A stretch of 43,646 nucleotides of DNA from Chthoniobacteraceae bacterium (GCA_031409655.1 JANNXQ010000196.1:1-43646); one strand, 5' to 3'. Shown: positions 1 to 10,400, counted from the stretch's first letter. Notes: generated from the letters alone by a model not told the origin. A program made the numbers and translations.

Positions 1-504
1 CAGTCGCGCGACGCCCGCCCCTGCGAGATCGCGCGCGTCATCGGCGAAGTCACGCAAACCGTGCGACCGTGTCCGCGCTGCGGTTTCTTCACCACCGAGA
101 CAATCAGCGAACTCTGCGCCGATCCCGCGCGCGACGCCACGCAGCTCTGCGTCGTCGAGCAGCCCACGGAAATCCTCCCGCTCGAACGCACCGGCGCGTT
201 TCGCGGACGCTACCACACCCTCGGCGGCCGCATCTCGCCCCTCGACCACATCGGCCCCGACGACCTCCGCATCGACGCGCTCCTCGAGCGCATCAAAACC
301 GAAACACCCAGCGAGATCATCCTCGCCCTCGGCGCGGACGTGGAGGGCGAAGCCACCGCCAACTACCTCGCCGGACTGCTCCGCGAGAGTGCCGTGCAAA
401 TCACCCGCCTCGCGCAAGGCATGCCCGCCGGAGGTGGTCTCGAAAGCGCGGACGAACTCACGCTCAGCCGCGCGATGACGGGACGGACGCGCGTCGTGCG
501 CTAG
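1..504 (+). CDS. recR: Recombination mediator RecR (5' end lies upstream of the window)
   Basis: Frame is open from base 1 (QSRDARPCEIARVIGEVTQTVRPCPRCGFF). Shows the zinc-finger region, LCVVE, YHTLGGRISPLDHIGPDDL, Toprim EIILAL...EGEATANY and ITRLAQGMPAGGGLESADELTL. Confidence 0.95.
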   Translation, partial: QSRDARPCEIARVIGEVTQTVRPCPRCGFFTTETISELCADPARDATQLCVVEQPTEILPLERTGAFRGRYHTLGGRISPLDHIGPDDLRIDALLERIKTETPSEIILALGADVEGEATANYLAGLLRESAVQITRLAQGMPAGGGLESADELTLSRAMTGRTRVVR

Positions 505-514
505 CCGTCGGCGC

Positions 515-670
515 GCCAGCTTTGGACTGCGGTGACTGGTCACCGCTTTGTGGCGGTGCGGACTTGTCCGCGCGGTGGGGCGGCGCGGGGCGGCACGGGA
601 TCCTCCGGCCGCGGGAAGCGAGCTTCCGCCTCCGCAAAGCGGTGACCAGTCACCGCAGTCCAAAGCTGGC
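515..670. repeat. REP/REPIN-like inverted-repeat element
   Basis: Perfect 36-bp inverted repeat GCCAGCTTTGGACTGCGGTGACTGGTCACCGCTTTG (515-550) and its reverse complement (635-670). Each arm is internally palindromic (GCGGTGAC-TG-GTCACCGC), with small hairpins in the spacer. Confidence 0.8.
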
Positions 671-843
671 ACCACTCCGCGGATTTGCCTCGTCCTTCAG
701 GGAGCGGTCCATATTCTTCACAAAAACAAGCAAGAGAACACCCGCTCCCATCCTCGCGGGGCCTTGCGTCACCTCAGCCGCCGAACGCGGCGCGCCACTC
801 TCGACATCGTCTGTTCGTTCCACCCATCCGCTCCATTCACCCT

Positions 844-3800
844 ATGAATACCACCACCCATCTCCACCGCTGGCTGCTCGTCCTGGGCTGCCTCGCCGTA
901 TTCGCCCTCCCACTTCCGGCAGCTCAGCTCGCCATCTGGGATTTCAATTCCGGGCTTGGCGGGATCGGCTCCGGCACGCAGCTCAATGCCACGACCGAGA
1001 CCGTGGCGGGCACGCCGTTTCTCCAGATGTTCCATCAGACCATCGACGCGAATGGCAAAGGCGGCATCAGCTACACGGACAGCCTCGGCGGCTTTCACTC
1101 GTCGCCGGTGAATAACGACGCCATCGCCTGGGATGACATTCGCGGGAGCGGCGCGGATGGGGAATTGCGCTGCACCATCGACACGACCGGGTTCCAGGAT
1201 CTCAGCTTCCGCTTCCACTACCGCTACCAAAACAACACCGACCTCAGCACCGACCTCATGGTCTTCGAGTACAGCCCGGATGGCGGCGCGAACTTCACCA
1301 AGGTCGCGAGCTTCGGAATCGTCGATGACAATACCTTCCGCACCTACTCGATCGATCTGAGTGCGATCCCGAGCATCAAGAACAATCCGAACGTGATCTT
1401 CCGTCTCCGCGGCGATCCGGCGGCGGCGGCGGCGGATGAGGTGAATGACGAAATCCGCTTCGACAACTTCGAGATCACCGGCACGGCGGTCGCGGCCAAT
1501 CCAAATGCGCCGTCCATCGACGTGGATCGCGCGGCCACCACGGCGCGGCTTTCACTGCCGTCGAATCCGGTCGGCTACGTCGCGGCGACGATCGGCGATC
1601 CGACCGATCCCGCGCCGACGAGCGGCATCCGCTTCGCGGTCTCCGATCCGCAGGCGGACGCGCTCACCCTCACGGCGAGCAGCGACAATCAAAGCGTCGT
1701 GCAGGATGGGAATCTCTTCATCAATGCGTCGCTCGTGCCGCCGCGGTTGCGAATCGTGCCGTCGGCGGTGGGGCGCGCGATCATCACCGTCACGGTCAGC
1801 GATCCGGGGGGAAATGCGGACCGCTACTTCATCGAGTATGCGGCTTCCGCGGCGTCGGCCACGACGAGCGCGAGCCGCTTCCATACGCATCGCGCGGATG
1901 CTTCGACCGGGGAGGACGAGGGCGCGGATCACATGTTCGTGGCGGACGATGAGGATCAGACGATCCGGCTCTATCCGCGCGCGCAATCCGGCTTCCGGGT
2001 GAGCGAGTTCGACTTCAATGCGGCGCTCGGTTTCGCGAGCGGGACGGAGGCGGACCTCGAAGCCTCGGCGCGCTCCGGGAGCACGATCTACTGGATGGGC
2101 TCGCACGGGAATGAAAGCGACGGGACCTTGGCTCCGAATCGCGCTCTCGTCTTCGCCACCACGGTCACCGGCGCCGGAGCTGCGGCCAATCTTTCCTACG
2201 TGGGAAAATACACGGCGCTGCGCAATGAGTTGATCGCGTGGGACACGGCCAATGGCAACGTGCTCGGGCTCGCGGCCAGCGCCATCGTTTCGCCCGAGCA
2301 GGTGGATGGATTCAATATCGAGGGGCTCGCGATGATGCCCTCGACCAGCGTCGGAGCGTTCGTGGGCTTCCGCGCGCCGCTCACTCCGGCTTCCGGACGC
2401 ACGCGGGCGCTCGTCGTGCCGGTCACAAATTTCAGCACGCTCGCGGCGGGTGGCGCGGGGCCGGCGACCTTTGGCACGGCCATCGCGCTCGATCTCGGCG
2501 GACGCGGCATCCGCAGCATCACGCGCAATGGCAACAATCAGTATCTCATCCTCGCGGGACCGCCCGCCTCGAGCGGCACCTTCGCGCTCTACGCGTGGGA
2601 CGGCCTCGCCGCCAACGCACCCGTGCTGCTCGACTCCGACCTCCACACGCGCGCGGCGAATGCGGGTGCGAGCCCCGAGGGCATCGTGGGTCTCGCCGCG
2701 TCCATCGGCGGCCCGAGCCTCGTGCAAATCCTGATGGATGGCGGCGACACCGTGCTCTACGGCGACGGCCTCGCAGCGAAAACGCTGCCGGCAAACCTCC
2801 ACAAAAAATTCCGCAGCGACGTGGTGAATCTGCCCGGCATTTTCGTGGTCACGAACACGAACGACTCGGGCGCCGGTTCGCTGCGCGCGCTGATCGGCCT
2901 CGCGCTCCCCGGCGACACCATCACCTTTGCCCCGGCCTCAGTGAATGGCGGCACGATCACCCTCGGCAGCCAGTTGCTCGTGGATAAGAATCTCGTCATC
3001 GACGCCACGATGCTCCCCGCCGGCATCACCGTGAACGGCGGCAACGCGACCCATCGCAGCTTCACCGTGAATGCCGGGCGCACCGTGGCGATGCACGGCC
3101 TCACGCTCACGGGCGGACGCACGACCGCCACGGCCGGCGCAGGCGACGGCGGCGCGATCCTGAACCACGGCACGCTGACGCTGACCCGCAGCACATTCTT
3201 CAACAACACCTCCACTCAGGACAGCGGCGGCGCGCTGCAAAACAACGGTTCGCTCACGCTCACGCACTGCACCCTCGCCAGCAACACCGCGCCCCTCGGC
3301 GGCAAAGCCGGCGGCGCCATCCGCAACAACGGCACGCTGGCCCTGACGCACTGCACGATCGTCGGCAACACCTCGGTCTTCGGCGGCGGCATTTACAACG
3401 ACCCCGCGCGCACGGTGACCATCACCAACAGCATCGTCGCCGGGAACACCGGCAACGACATCCGCAACTTTGCCACCGTCACCGGCGAGGGGGTGAACAT
3501 CGTCCCATCGCTCGTGAATTCCGGCGGCGGCGCCTCGACCGGCTTCTTCCTCACCGCCGCGCCGCAGCTCTCCGCGCTCGGCAGCTACGGCGGACCCACG
3601 CCGACGATGCCGCCACTCGCCGGCAGCCCGGCCATCGATGCCGCGGCCTTTGTCGGCGGACTGCCCATCGACCAGCGCGGCGCCCCGCGCTCGGGCGGCG
3701 GCTCGGATGACATCGGCGCCGTGGAACTCGGGAAGATGATCGTGACCACCGCCGCGGATGAAAACAACGGCCTCGGCGTGAACGGCATCTCCTTGCGCGA

Positions 3801-5064
3801 AGCCATCGCGGACAACACGCCCTTTGCCTCCGAACTCATCCGCTTCGCCCCCGCGCTCAGCGGCCAGACCATCACGCTCGCGCCCTTTTCACCCTTCGCT
3901 CTCGGGAAAACGCGCACCCTCGTCGATGGCGCGACCCTCCGCGGCGGCATCACCGTGAGCGGCAACGACGCGACCGCGCACTTCTACGTGAACCCGAGCC
4001 AGACCCTCGCGCTGCACGGCCTCACGCTCACGCGCGGGCTGGGTGCGATCAATGGCGGCGCGATCGAAAACGAAGGCCAGGTGATCCTCACGCGCTGCAC
4101 GCTCACGAGTAACTCCGCGGGCATCGGCGGCGCGCTCGCGGTGATCCCGCCCGGCACTGCGTCGCTCACGCACTGTACGCTCTTTGGCAACACCGCCACG
4201 ATGCTCGGCGGCGGCGCAATCTCGGCCATCACCGGCACGACCGTGACGCTCACCCACTGCACCCTCTCGGGAAACGCTGCGGGCGCGAACAACGGCGGCG
4301 GCATCCTCGTGGGCACGGGCGCGACCGTCACGCTCGCCAATACCATCGTCGCGGGAAACACCGCGGCCTCCGGCGGTGACCTTCGGAACGACGGCGCCGT
4401 CGTCCGCGTCGGCGCGAGCATCGTCCGCCTCTTCGCCGGCACGCCCGCCACCGGTGCCGGCATCTTCAGCGCCGCCGACCCGCTCCTCGCCCCACTCAAC
4501 TTTTTCGGCGGCCCCACGCGCACGATGGCCCTGCTCGCCGCCAGCCCCGCGCGCAACACCGCCCCCGTACTCGCCCCGCCTATCACCGCCGACCAGCGCG
4601 GCTTCCCCCTCGTCGGCGCGCCCGACATCGGCGCGTATGAAGCCGGCACGCTCAATCATTACAACGCCTGGGCCATCGAAACCCTGCCCACTGGCGCAGA
4701 CTACAGCTTCACCGCCGACCACGACAACGACGGGAACCGGAACGGCCTCGAATACGCCACCCGCACCAACCCGCTCGCCGCGAACCCCAGCCCCTTCGGC
4801 CCGCCCCTGCCCCAGCCCGGCCCCGAGATGCTCTTCGACATCCCCTTCCGCCCCGATGCCACCGACTTGCGCTACATCGTCCAGCGCAGCCCTGACCTCG
4901 TGACTTGGACAGAAATCTACCGCTACGACACCATCACCGGCTTCACCACGCTGCTCGGCAACGTCGATGACAGCCGGAACTCCGGCACGCAAATCATCAC
5001 CCTCTGGGATCCCGACTTCCTCACGCCGCGGTGCTTCTGGCGGCTCCTCGTCGAGAAGCCGTAG
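844..5064 (+). CDS. Large secreted multidomain protein: beta-sandwich/Ig-like, DUF3616-like propeller, two choice-of-anchor-Q/PMP-like beta-helix modules, verrucomicrobial-type C-terminal domain (1406 aa)
   Basis: ATG at 844 begins a signal peptide (MNTTTHLHRWLLVLGCLAVFALPLPA). DUF3616-like motifs FVADDE, DLEASAR..IYWMGSHG, GFNIEGLA, LDLGGRGIRSI. Also VVTNTNDSGAGSLR, GGAI.N repeats and two DQRG...DIGA.E closures. Confidence 0.8.
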   Translation: MNTTTHLHRWLLVLGCLAVFALPLPAAQLAIWDFNSGLGGIGSGTQLNATTETVAGTPFLQMFHQTIDANGKGGISYTDSLGGFHSSPVNNDAIAWDDIRGSGADGELRCTIDTTGFQDLSFRFHYRYQNNTDLSTDLMVFEYSPDGGANFTKVASFGIVDDNTFRTYSIDLSAIPSIKNNPNVIFRLRGDPAAAAADEVNDEIRFDNFEITGTAVAANPNAPSIDVDRAATTARLSLPSNPVGYVAATIGDPTDPAPTSGIRFAVSDPQADALTLTASSDNQSVVQDGNLFINASLVPPRLRIVPSAVGRAIITVTVSDPGGNADRYFIEYAASAASATTSASRFHTHRADASTGEDEGADHMFVADDEDQTIRLYPRAQSGFRVSEFDFNAALGFASGTEADLEASARSGSTIYWMGSHGNESDGTLAPNRALVFATTVTGAGAAANLSYVGKYTALRNELIAWDTANGNVLGLAASAIVSPEQVDGFNIEGLAMMPSTSVGAFVGFRAPLTPASGRTRALVVPVTNFSTLAAGGAGPATFGTAIALDLGGRGIRSITRNGNNQYLILAGPPASSGTFALYAWDGLAANAPVLLDSDLHTRAANAGASPEGIVGLAASIGGPSLVQILMDGGDTVLYGDGLAAKTLPANLHKKFRSDVVNLPGIFVVTNTNDSGAGSLRALIGLALPGDTITFAPASVNGGTITLGSQLLVDKNLVIDATMLPAGITVNGGNATHRSFTVNAGRTVAMHGLTLTGGRTTATAGAGDGGAILNHGTLTLTRSTFFNNTSTQDSGGALQNNGSLTLTHCTLASNTAPLGGKAGGAIRNNGTLALTHCTIVGNTSVFGGGIYNDPARTVTITNSIVAGNTGNDIRNFATVTGEGVNIVPSLVNSGGGASTGFFLTAAPQLSALGSYGGPTPTMPPLAGSPAIDAAAFVGGLPIDQRGAPRSGGGSDDIGAVELGKMIVTTAADENNGLGVNGISLREAIADNTPFASELIRFAPALSGQTITLAPFSPFALGKTRTLVDGATLRGGITVSGNDATAHFYVNPSQTLALHGLTLTRGLGAINGGAIENEGQVILTRCTLTSNSAGIGGALAVIPPGTASLTHCTLFGNTATMLGGGAISAITGTTVTLTHCTLSGNAAGANNGGGILVGTGATVTLANTIVAGNTAASGGDLRNDGAVVRVGASIVRLFAGTPATGAGIFSAADPLLAPLNFFGGPTRTMALLAASPARNTAPVLAPPITADQRGFPLVGAPDIGAYEAGTLNHYNAWAIETLPTGADYSFTADHDNDGNRNGLEYATRTNPLAANPSPFGPPLPQPGPEMLFDIPFRPDATDLRYIVQRSPDLVTWTEIYRYDTITGFTTLLGNVDDSRNSGTQIITLWDPDFLTPRCFWRLLVEKP

Positions 5065-5195
5065 CCTGGAGGGACATGCTCCGTCATGTCCCTGATCGAA
5101 TGAGCGGAGGCTGCGCGGAGTTTTCGGGCGCACGGATGCTCTGCACCGCCTCCGCCCACGGAAGTTTGGGACATGACGGAGCATGTCCCTCCAGG
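5065..5195. repeat. REP/REPIN-like inverted-repeat element (second family)
   Basis: Perfect 28-bp inverted repeat CCTGGAGGGACATGCTCCGTCATGTCCC (5065-5092; 5168-5195). Arms are internally palindromic (GGGACATG...CATGTCCC), with an imperfect inner stem GCGGAGGC...GCCTCCGC. Starts immediately after the stop codon. Confidence 0.8.
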
Positions 5196-5246
5196 TTGCG
5201 GCGGCGATGCATCGCCTTGCGCGGGTCGGGCGTTTAGAGAGGAACC

Positions 5247-6659
5247 ATGTCCATTGCGATTCATTGGTTTCGCCGCGATCTGCGCATCGCGGATAACACG
5301 GCGCTGAATGCGGCGGCGGCGTGGCACGCGCAAGTCGTGCCGGTATTCATCCTCAGCGAGTGGAAAGGCGAGCACCACTGGTGCGGGGCGGCGCGGCAGG
5401 AATTCCTGTGCGGCTCGCTGAGGTCGCTGGCGAAGAATCTGGAGGCGAAGGGCGGGCGGCTGATCGTGCGGCAAGGCTCGGCAGAAAAGGTGCTGGAGAC
5501 GCTGGTGCGCGAGACGGGCGCGGAGGCGATTTACTTTGCGCGCGATCCCGATCCGTACGGGCGCGCGATGGAGAAGCAGGTGACGGCCATGGCGGAGCGG
5601 CTCGGGGTGACGGTGCATCCGCACAAGGATCACGCGCTGCATGAGCGTGGCGAAGTGCTCACGGGCGGTGGCACGGCTTTCCGCGTTTTCACGCCGTATT
5701 CGAAGGCTTGGCTGAAGCTCGACAAGATTCCGCCCGGTCGCACGCTGGCGAAGTTTTCCACTCCGCCGAAGATCGCGAGCTTGGCGCTTCCGACGCTCGC
5801 GACGTGGGGACTCACGGCGGAGGCGGAGATCGTCGAGCCGGGGGAAGCGGCGGCGCGCCAGCGGCTCGGGCGCTTTCTCGATGGCGCGGCCTTCGACTAC
5901 GGCACGCGGCGCGATCTGCCGGCGGCGGAGAATACTTCGCGGCTCTCGCAGGACCTGCGCTGGGGTCTGCTCTCGATCCGCGAAATCTACGCGCGTTGCC
6001 TGGAAGTCTCGGAGCGGGCCACGGCGGCGCAGCGCAAGAGCATCGGCATCTGGGTGAATGAACTCATCTGGCGGGAGTTCTATTTCCAAGTGATCTGGAA
6101 CGTGCCCGAGGTGCTCGACTACGAATTCCAGCCGGAGTATCGCGCTTTGAAATGGCGCGATCACTGGCGGCCCGAGGAGCGCGCGGGTGGCGCGGAATTT
6201 CGGCGCTGGTGCGCGGGGCAGACGGGTTTCCCGATCGTCGATGCCGGGATGCGCCAACTCGCCGCGAGCGGCTTCATGCACAATCGCGTGCGGATGATCG
6301 TGGCGATGTTTCTCACGAAGGATCTGCACGTCTGGTGGATGCACGGCGAGAGCCACTTCATGCGCCGGCTCGTCGATGGCGAGATCGCGAGCAACAACGG
6401 CGGCTGGCAATGGAGCGCGAGCACCGGCACGGATGCCGCACCCTATTTCCGCATCCAGAATCCGTGGTCACAGGCGAAACGCTTCGATCCCGATGGCGAC
6501 TACATCCGGCGATGGGTGCCCGAACTGCGCGACGTGCCCGGCCCGCGCCTCTGCGAGCCGCCGGCGCCGGGCCTGCCGCTCGCGAAAGGCTACCCGCTCC
6601 CGATGGTCGATCACTCGACCGAGCGCGATGCGGCGCTGGCGATGTTTCGCACGGAGTAG
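5247..6659 (+). CDS. phrB: Deoxyribodipyrimidine photolyase (CPD photolyase/cryptochrome family)
   Basis: WFRRDLRIADN, FRVFTPY, TSRLS, ELIWREF, GQTGFPIVDAGMRQL, GFMHNRVRMIVAMFLTKDL, NNGGWQW, PYFRIQNP, FDPDGDYIRRWVPEL. GAGG SD upstream. Confidence 0.95.
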   Translation: MSIAIHWFRRDLRIADNTALNAAAAWHAQVVPVFILSEWKGEHHWCGAARQEFLCGSLRSLAKNLEAKGGRLIVRQGSAEKVLETLVRETGAEAIYFARDPDPYGRAMEKQVTAMAERLGVTVHPHKDHALHERGEVLTGGGTAFRVFTPYSKAWLKLDKIPPGRTLAKFSTPPKIASLALPTLATWGLTAEAEIVEPGEAAARQRLGRFLDGAAFDYGTRRDLPAAENTSRLSQDLRWGLLSIREIYARCLEVSERATAAQRKSIGIWVNELIWREFYFQVIWNVPEVLDYEFQPEYRALKWRDHWRPEERAGGAEFRRWCAGQTGFPIVDAGMRQLAASGFMHNRVRMIVAMFLTKDLHVWWMHGESHFMRRLVDGEIASNNGGWQWSASTGTDAAPYFRIQNPWSQAKRFDPDGDYIRRWVPELRDVPGPRLCEPPAPGLPLAKGYPLPMVDHSTERDAALAMFRTE

Positions 6660-6712
6660 GCCCGCGGTCCGGGATGGACGAATTTCCCGACTGAGATGAT
6701 GATCGCAGACCG

Positions 6713-7111
6713 ATGTCCTCGTTCCGTCTTTTTTGCACCCTCTGGCTGCTCGTTTTCGCCCTGGCCGGATGTGTCGATCGCCGCGCGAGGGCGGAGAAAA
6801 CAATTCGGGAAGTGGGCGTCGAACAACTGCGAAAAGACGCGGCAGTGCTCTACAAGGAACTCTTCGCCAGCCGTCCGAACGACTTTCAAGTGGTCCGCCG
6901 TTCCGCGTGGCCCAAAACTTTTCAGCGCCTCAAACCGCTGCGCGTAGGCAGCTATCAGGACGGATTTAGTATCGCCCTCTCGGCCGAAGCGGGCGGCGAG
7001 GAGGGGCTCTACATTGTGCCGCAGCACATGGATCGGTTGCCAAACGTGGCCCAAGCAGCCCGCTACGAAGAGATTGCAGACGGAGTGTTCTGGTATGCCT
7101 TTGGGAAATAA
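6713..7111 (+). CDS. Hypothetical lipoprotein (132 aa)
   Basis: Hydrophobic signal ending in lipobox LAGC; protein-like composition; C-terminal IADGVFWY. Confidence 0.7.
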   Translation: MSSFRLFCTLWLLVFALAGCVDRRARAEKTIREVGVEQLRKDAAVLYKELFASRPNDFQVVRRSAWPKTFQRLKPLRVGSYQDGFSIALSAEAGGEEGLYIVPQHMDRLPNVAQAARYEEIADGVFWYAFGK

Positions 7112-7348
7112 ATCTCTCCGTCCGCCCTCTTACTGTGGGTGATGTTTTTGCCCTCAGGGGTGCGACCAAAGCCTCCTGCCAATCGCGTAAATTTCCCGTG
7201 ACGAAAATGTTGGACATTACTCAGGACAAACTCCAATTCATCCGAACTGTATTGCCGCCCCTAGAACCCCCTGTGATCCGATTGCTTTCCGGCTCGTCAA
7301 GCCCCGCCCCCAGAAATGGCAAACCGGGGCCTCGGAAACGCATAAGCG

Positions 7349-7402
7349 ATAAAATATTAATAAATCCGTTGCGACGGAGTCATTGCTTGATAAAATAATC
7401 AA
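7349..7402 (+). promoter_or_regulatory. Putative sigma70 promoter for the giant-protein operon, with overlapping palindromes
   Basis: AT-rich UP-like tract (7349-7365), TTGCGA (7369-7374), 16-nt spacer, extended -10 TG-A-TAAAAT (7388-7396). Palindromes TCCGT-N4-ACGGA over -35 and TTGAT-N6-ATCAA over -10. Confidence 0.5.
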
Positions 7403-7439
7403 CCAAGACAAGGAAACTGCACTCACTCGTCCCCTTTTC

Positions 7440-10400
7440 ATGAAGTCCCTACCCAAAACTGGTTTCATCGAGCCCCTCGAAGCTCGCATCGCTCCCGCAG
7501 TCATTCGGATCGGGGCGACGGGAATCTTTGAAGACCCGTCCGACACCGAATATCGCGAAGCCGGTGGTCCCCGTCCTTCGCCCTTTGATGCGCTGGGATT
7601 CACGGATACTTCCGCGTCGAGCGATCTGGTCTCACTGGCGGTCGATAGCGCGCTGAGCGACAACACCTTTTTCTTGCGCCTCCAGGCTGGCGATACGGTC
7701 TTTCGGTTGACCGAGTCGAGCAACTACAAGGAATTCATCACGGTGAAGACCGGACAGGTGATCGCTTTCTTCACGGACAGCAATGGCGACAATGAATTCA
7801 ACGATGGCGAGCTGACCGGTCTTTCCTTGGGGGCGAATGCCGCGGTCGATGTCAATGGCAGCGTCAATGGCGACATCGTCACGAACCTCGATGAACGCGG
7901 GACCAAGGATCGGGCGGACGACACCGTGAATTTGACGGGTTTGGTGTCGCCGAAGCAGGGGATCAGAAGTGTGGGCGTCCTCGGCGGATCTGTGTTTGGG
8001 AGTGTCCTCAGTGGCGGCCCGATCCTGAGCCTCACGGTAAAGACGAATGTGGAAAATGTCCTCGCCGGTGCGGCCGCGGACGGGGTGAGTTTTGATTTCT
8101 TCAAGTCGGCTGGAGGCGAGGGGCAGGTGTCATTCACTGCCGCTCCCGGGGAGATCGGCGCTTCGATCTCCAATGTCGTCGTCGGTTCGATCACCGGAAG
8201 ACTTGCCGCCGGTGGGGCAGGGGCGAGCGCCAAAGGTGGCTCTCTCACCAATATTCAGGTGACGGGTGACGCGGACGGATTCGAGCTTCTGGCGGGAGCG
8301 GGTGGCGCGGGTGATGCGCCGAGCAAGAAGCTCAATGGCGGCCTCGGTGGCAGTGTCACGAATGTGTTCGTCAGCGGCTTTGTCGATAACTCGCCGAACA
8401 ACGCCGTGGTCGTGCGCGCAGGCGATGGCGGTGATGCGGAGCCCACCGGCCGGGGCGGCGCGGGTGGTCTGCTGAAAAATATCAACGTCGGCTTTGGCCT
8501 CGTCGGCAAGACGCCCGTGCAGTCCACCCCCATCCTCGGTGACAACGTCACGCTCGCCGCGGGCGATGGCGGTGATGGCAAGACGGGCGGCATTGGCGGG
8601 GCCGCTTCCCTGATCGAGGTGCGGGTTCAGACTTCGGACGTGCAGGGCAACGAGATCGACCTCCAGGCTGGCAATGGGGGTAATAGTATTTCGCCTGGGG
8701 GCATTGCTGGGGCGGGCGGATCGTTGCGGGACATCGAATTGAACAACGTGATTTCGACGCCAAATGGCGACATTTTCGTCCAGGCAGGCAATGGCGGCGG
8801 TGGCGGTGCTTCGAGCAGAGGGGCGGCGGGCGGCTCCGTGTTGAACGTGTCGCTGCTCGGGTTTGATTTGCAGGTCCTGGCGGGTGATGGCTCGGACGGG
8901 ACGATCGGGGGCAATGCCGGTTCGGTGACGAATGTGACCGCCGTGCGCGACAATCTGGTCGTGCCGCGCAATGTGCTCATCAATGCCGGGCACGGAGGCG
9001 TCGGCTTTCAAACGAATGGTGGCCTCGGCGGCACCGTCCACAGCGTCACCGTCGAAGACGGCAACTTTCAGTCCTTCCTCATCAATGCCGGCCTCGCGGG
9101 TGATGGTGGAGACGGCATCGGCGGCAAGGGCGGTAAGGGCGGCGGAGTATCCGCGGTCAACGTCTCCGACCGGGACACCAATTTTGGGGTGACCTCGACC
9201 CTGGAGGGCGAGGTCGTCCTGCGGTCGGGGCGCGGGGGCGACGGTGCCAAAGGTGGCGGCGTCGGTGGCTTGATGGACAAAGTCGTCGTCACTGGCGATA
9301 ACTTGAACATGACGGCGATCGGCGGGAGTGGGGGCGACGCGCTGACGCTGGGCGCCGGTGCCGCGGGCGGTGCGCTGAGCGGCGTCCAACTCGAATCCTT
9401 TGGTTTGGTCAGCGGCAAGCCCATCACCGGAAAGCTCGAGGCGGGTGACGGCGGCGACGGCTTTGGCCGCGGTGCCGCCGGTGGCGCGGGCGGGGACGTG
9501 CGCGCTTCCAGCAGCCTCAAATTGAGTGGTGATCCCTCGGTCCAGCTCGCCAATTTCGTGGGCAATGGCCAGATCCTCGCGGGCGATGGCGGCGAGGGCC
9601 AGAACACCGTCGGTGCCGTCAAAGGTGGCGCTGCGGGCAAGGGTGGATCAATCATAGCGAGCGGACTTTTTGCCGAGCAGGGCGCTGGCGAAATGATCGC
9701 CGGCAACGCGGGCGTGAACGGTGCGCGGGCAGGCGCTGGCGGGAGCATTGTCAGCTTAAACAAGTCGGCAACCGGCGATCAAATTGGGTTGCGGGCATCG
9801 ACTTCGATCAAGGCTCTCGCCGGCAATGGGTCCCACGGGGGGCAGGGCGGCGACGTCATCGGGCTGTCCTACGGCAGCACCGCGCTGCTGCTGAATCCCA
9901 CCCCTTCCGGGACGATTCTGATCCAGGCCGGCAATGGCTCGGCCGACGGTTCGGCGGCCGGACGGGGCGGAAATATCAACGCCGTCAATGGTTCCCTCTC
10001 TTCTGGGGTGGGCATGACCACGCAATTCATCGCCGGCGCCGGTGGTGGCAGTGCGACGGCGACCAAAGCCGGTGCTGGGGGCACGATCAAGGACATCACC
10101 ATCTCCCGAGGCGGCGCAGTCGGTGCGGTCTTTACGCTTGCGGCTGGCGATGCCGGCCAGGCGCCGCTGGCGGGGACTGGGGCGGCGGGCGGGAATGTGA
10201 CCAATGTCGGTGTCACGGACATCTCCGCGGAGACGATCTTCCGAAGCGTCGCGGCGGGCGATGGCGGCGACGGCACGAAGAAGGCGGGTCCCGGCGGGAG
10301 CATTTCCGGCGTGGACGTGCAGCAGCACGACATCGGGGTGCGGACGGGCGAAAAATTTGGCTATGCGACGATGGGCGGATTGTTTGCGGGCGTCGCTGGT

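Noticed and set aside
685..843. Upstream N-terminal extensions given by the ORF track (also 7383, 21208, 26309, 28257, 28969, 30628, 36085, 37154, 39929, 41864)
   Set aside because: The extensions precede clear signal peptides or conserved N-termini and often overlap neighbouring genes, so downstream starts were chosen.
515..5195. Palindromic repeats as a CRISPR array or IS ends
   Set aside because: Only inverted pairs; no direct repeat-spacer periodicity, cas gene or transposase.
7135..7398. 87-aa ORF in the intergenic region before the giant gene
   Set aside because: No recognisable motif; overlaps the AT-rich putative promoter; likely non-coding.
8200..10400. Gly-rich region as a true mycobacterial PE-PGRS, collagen or RTX protein
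   Set aside because: No PE domain, no continuous Gly-X-Y register and no GGxGxDxLx nonapeptides; the similarity is compositional only.
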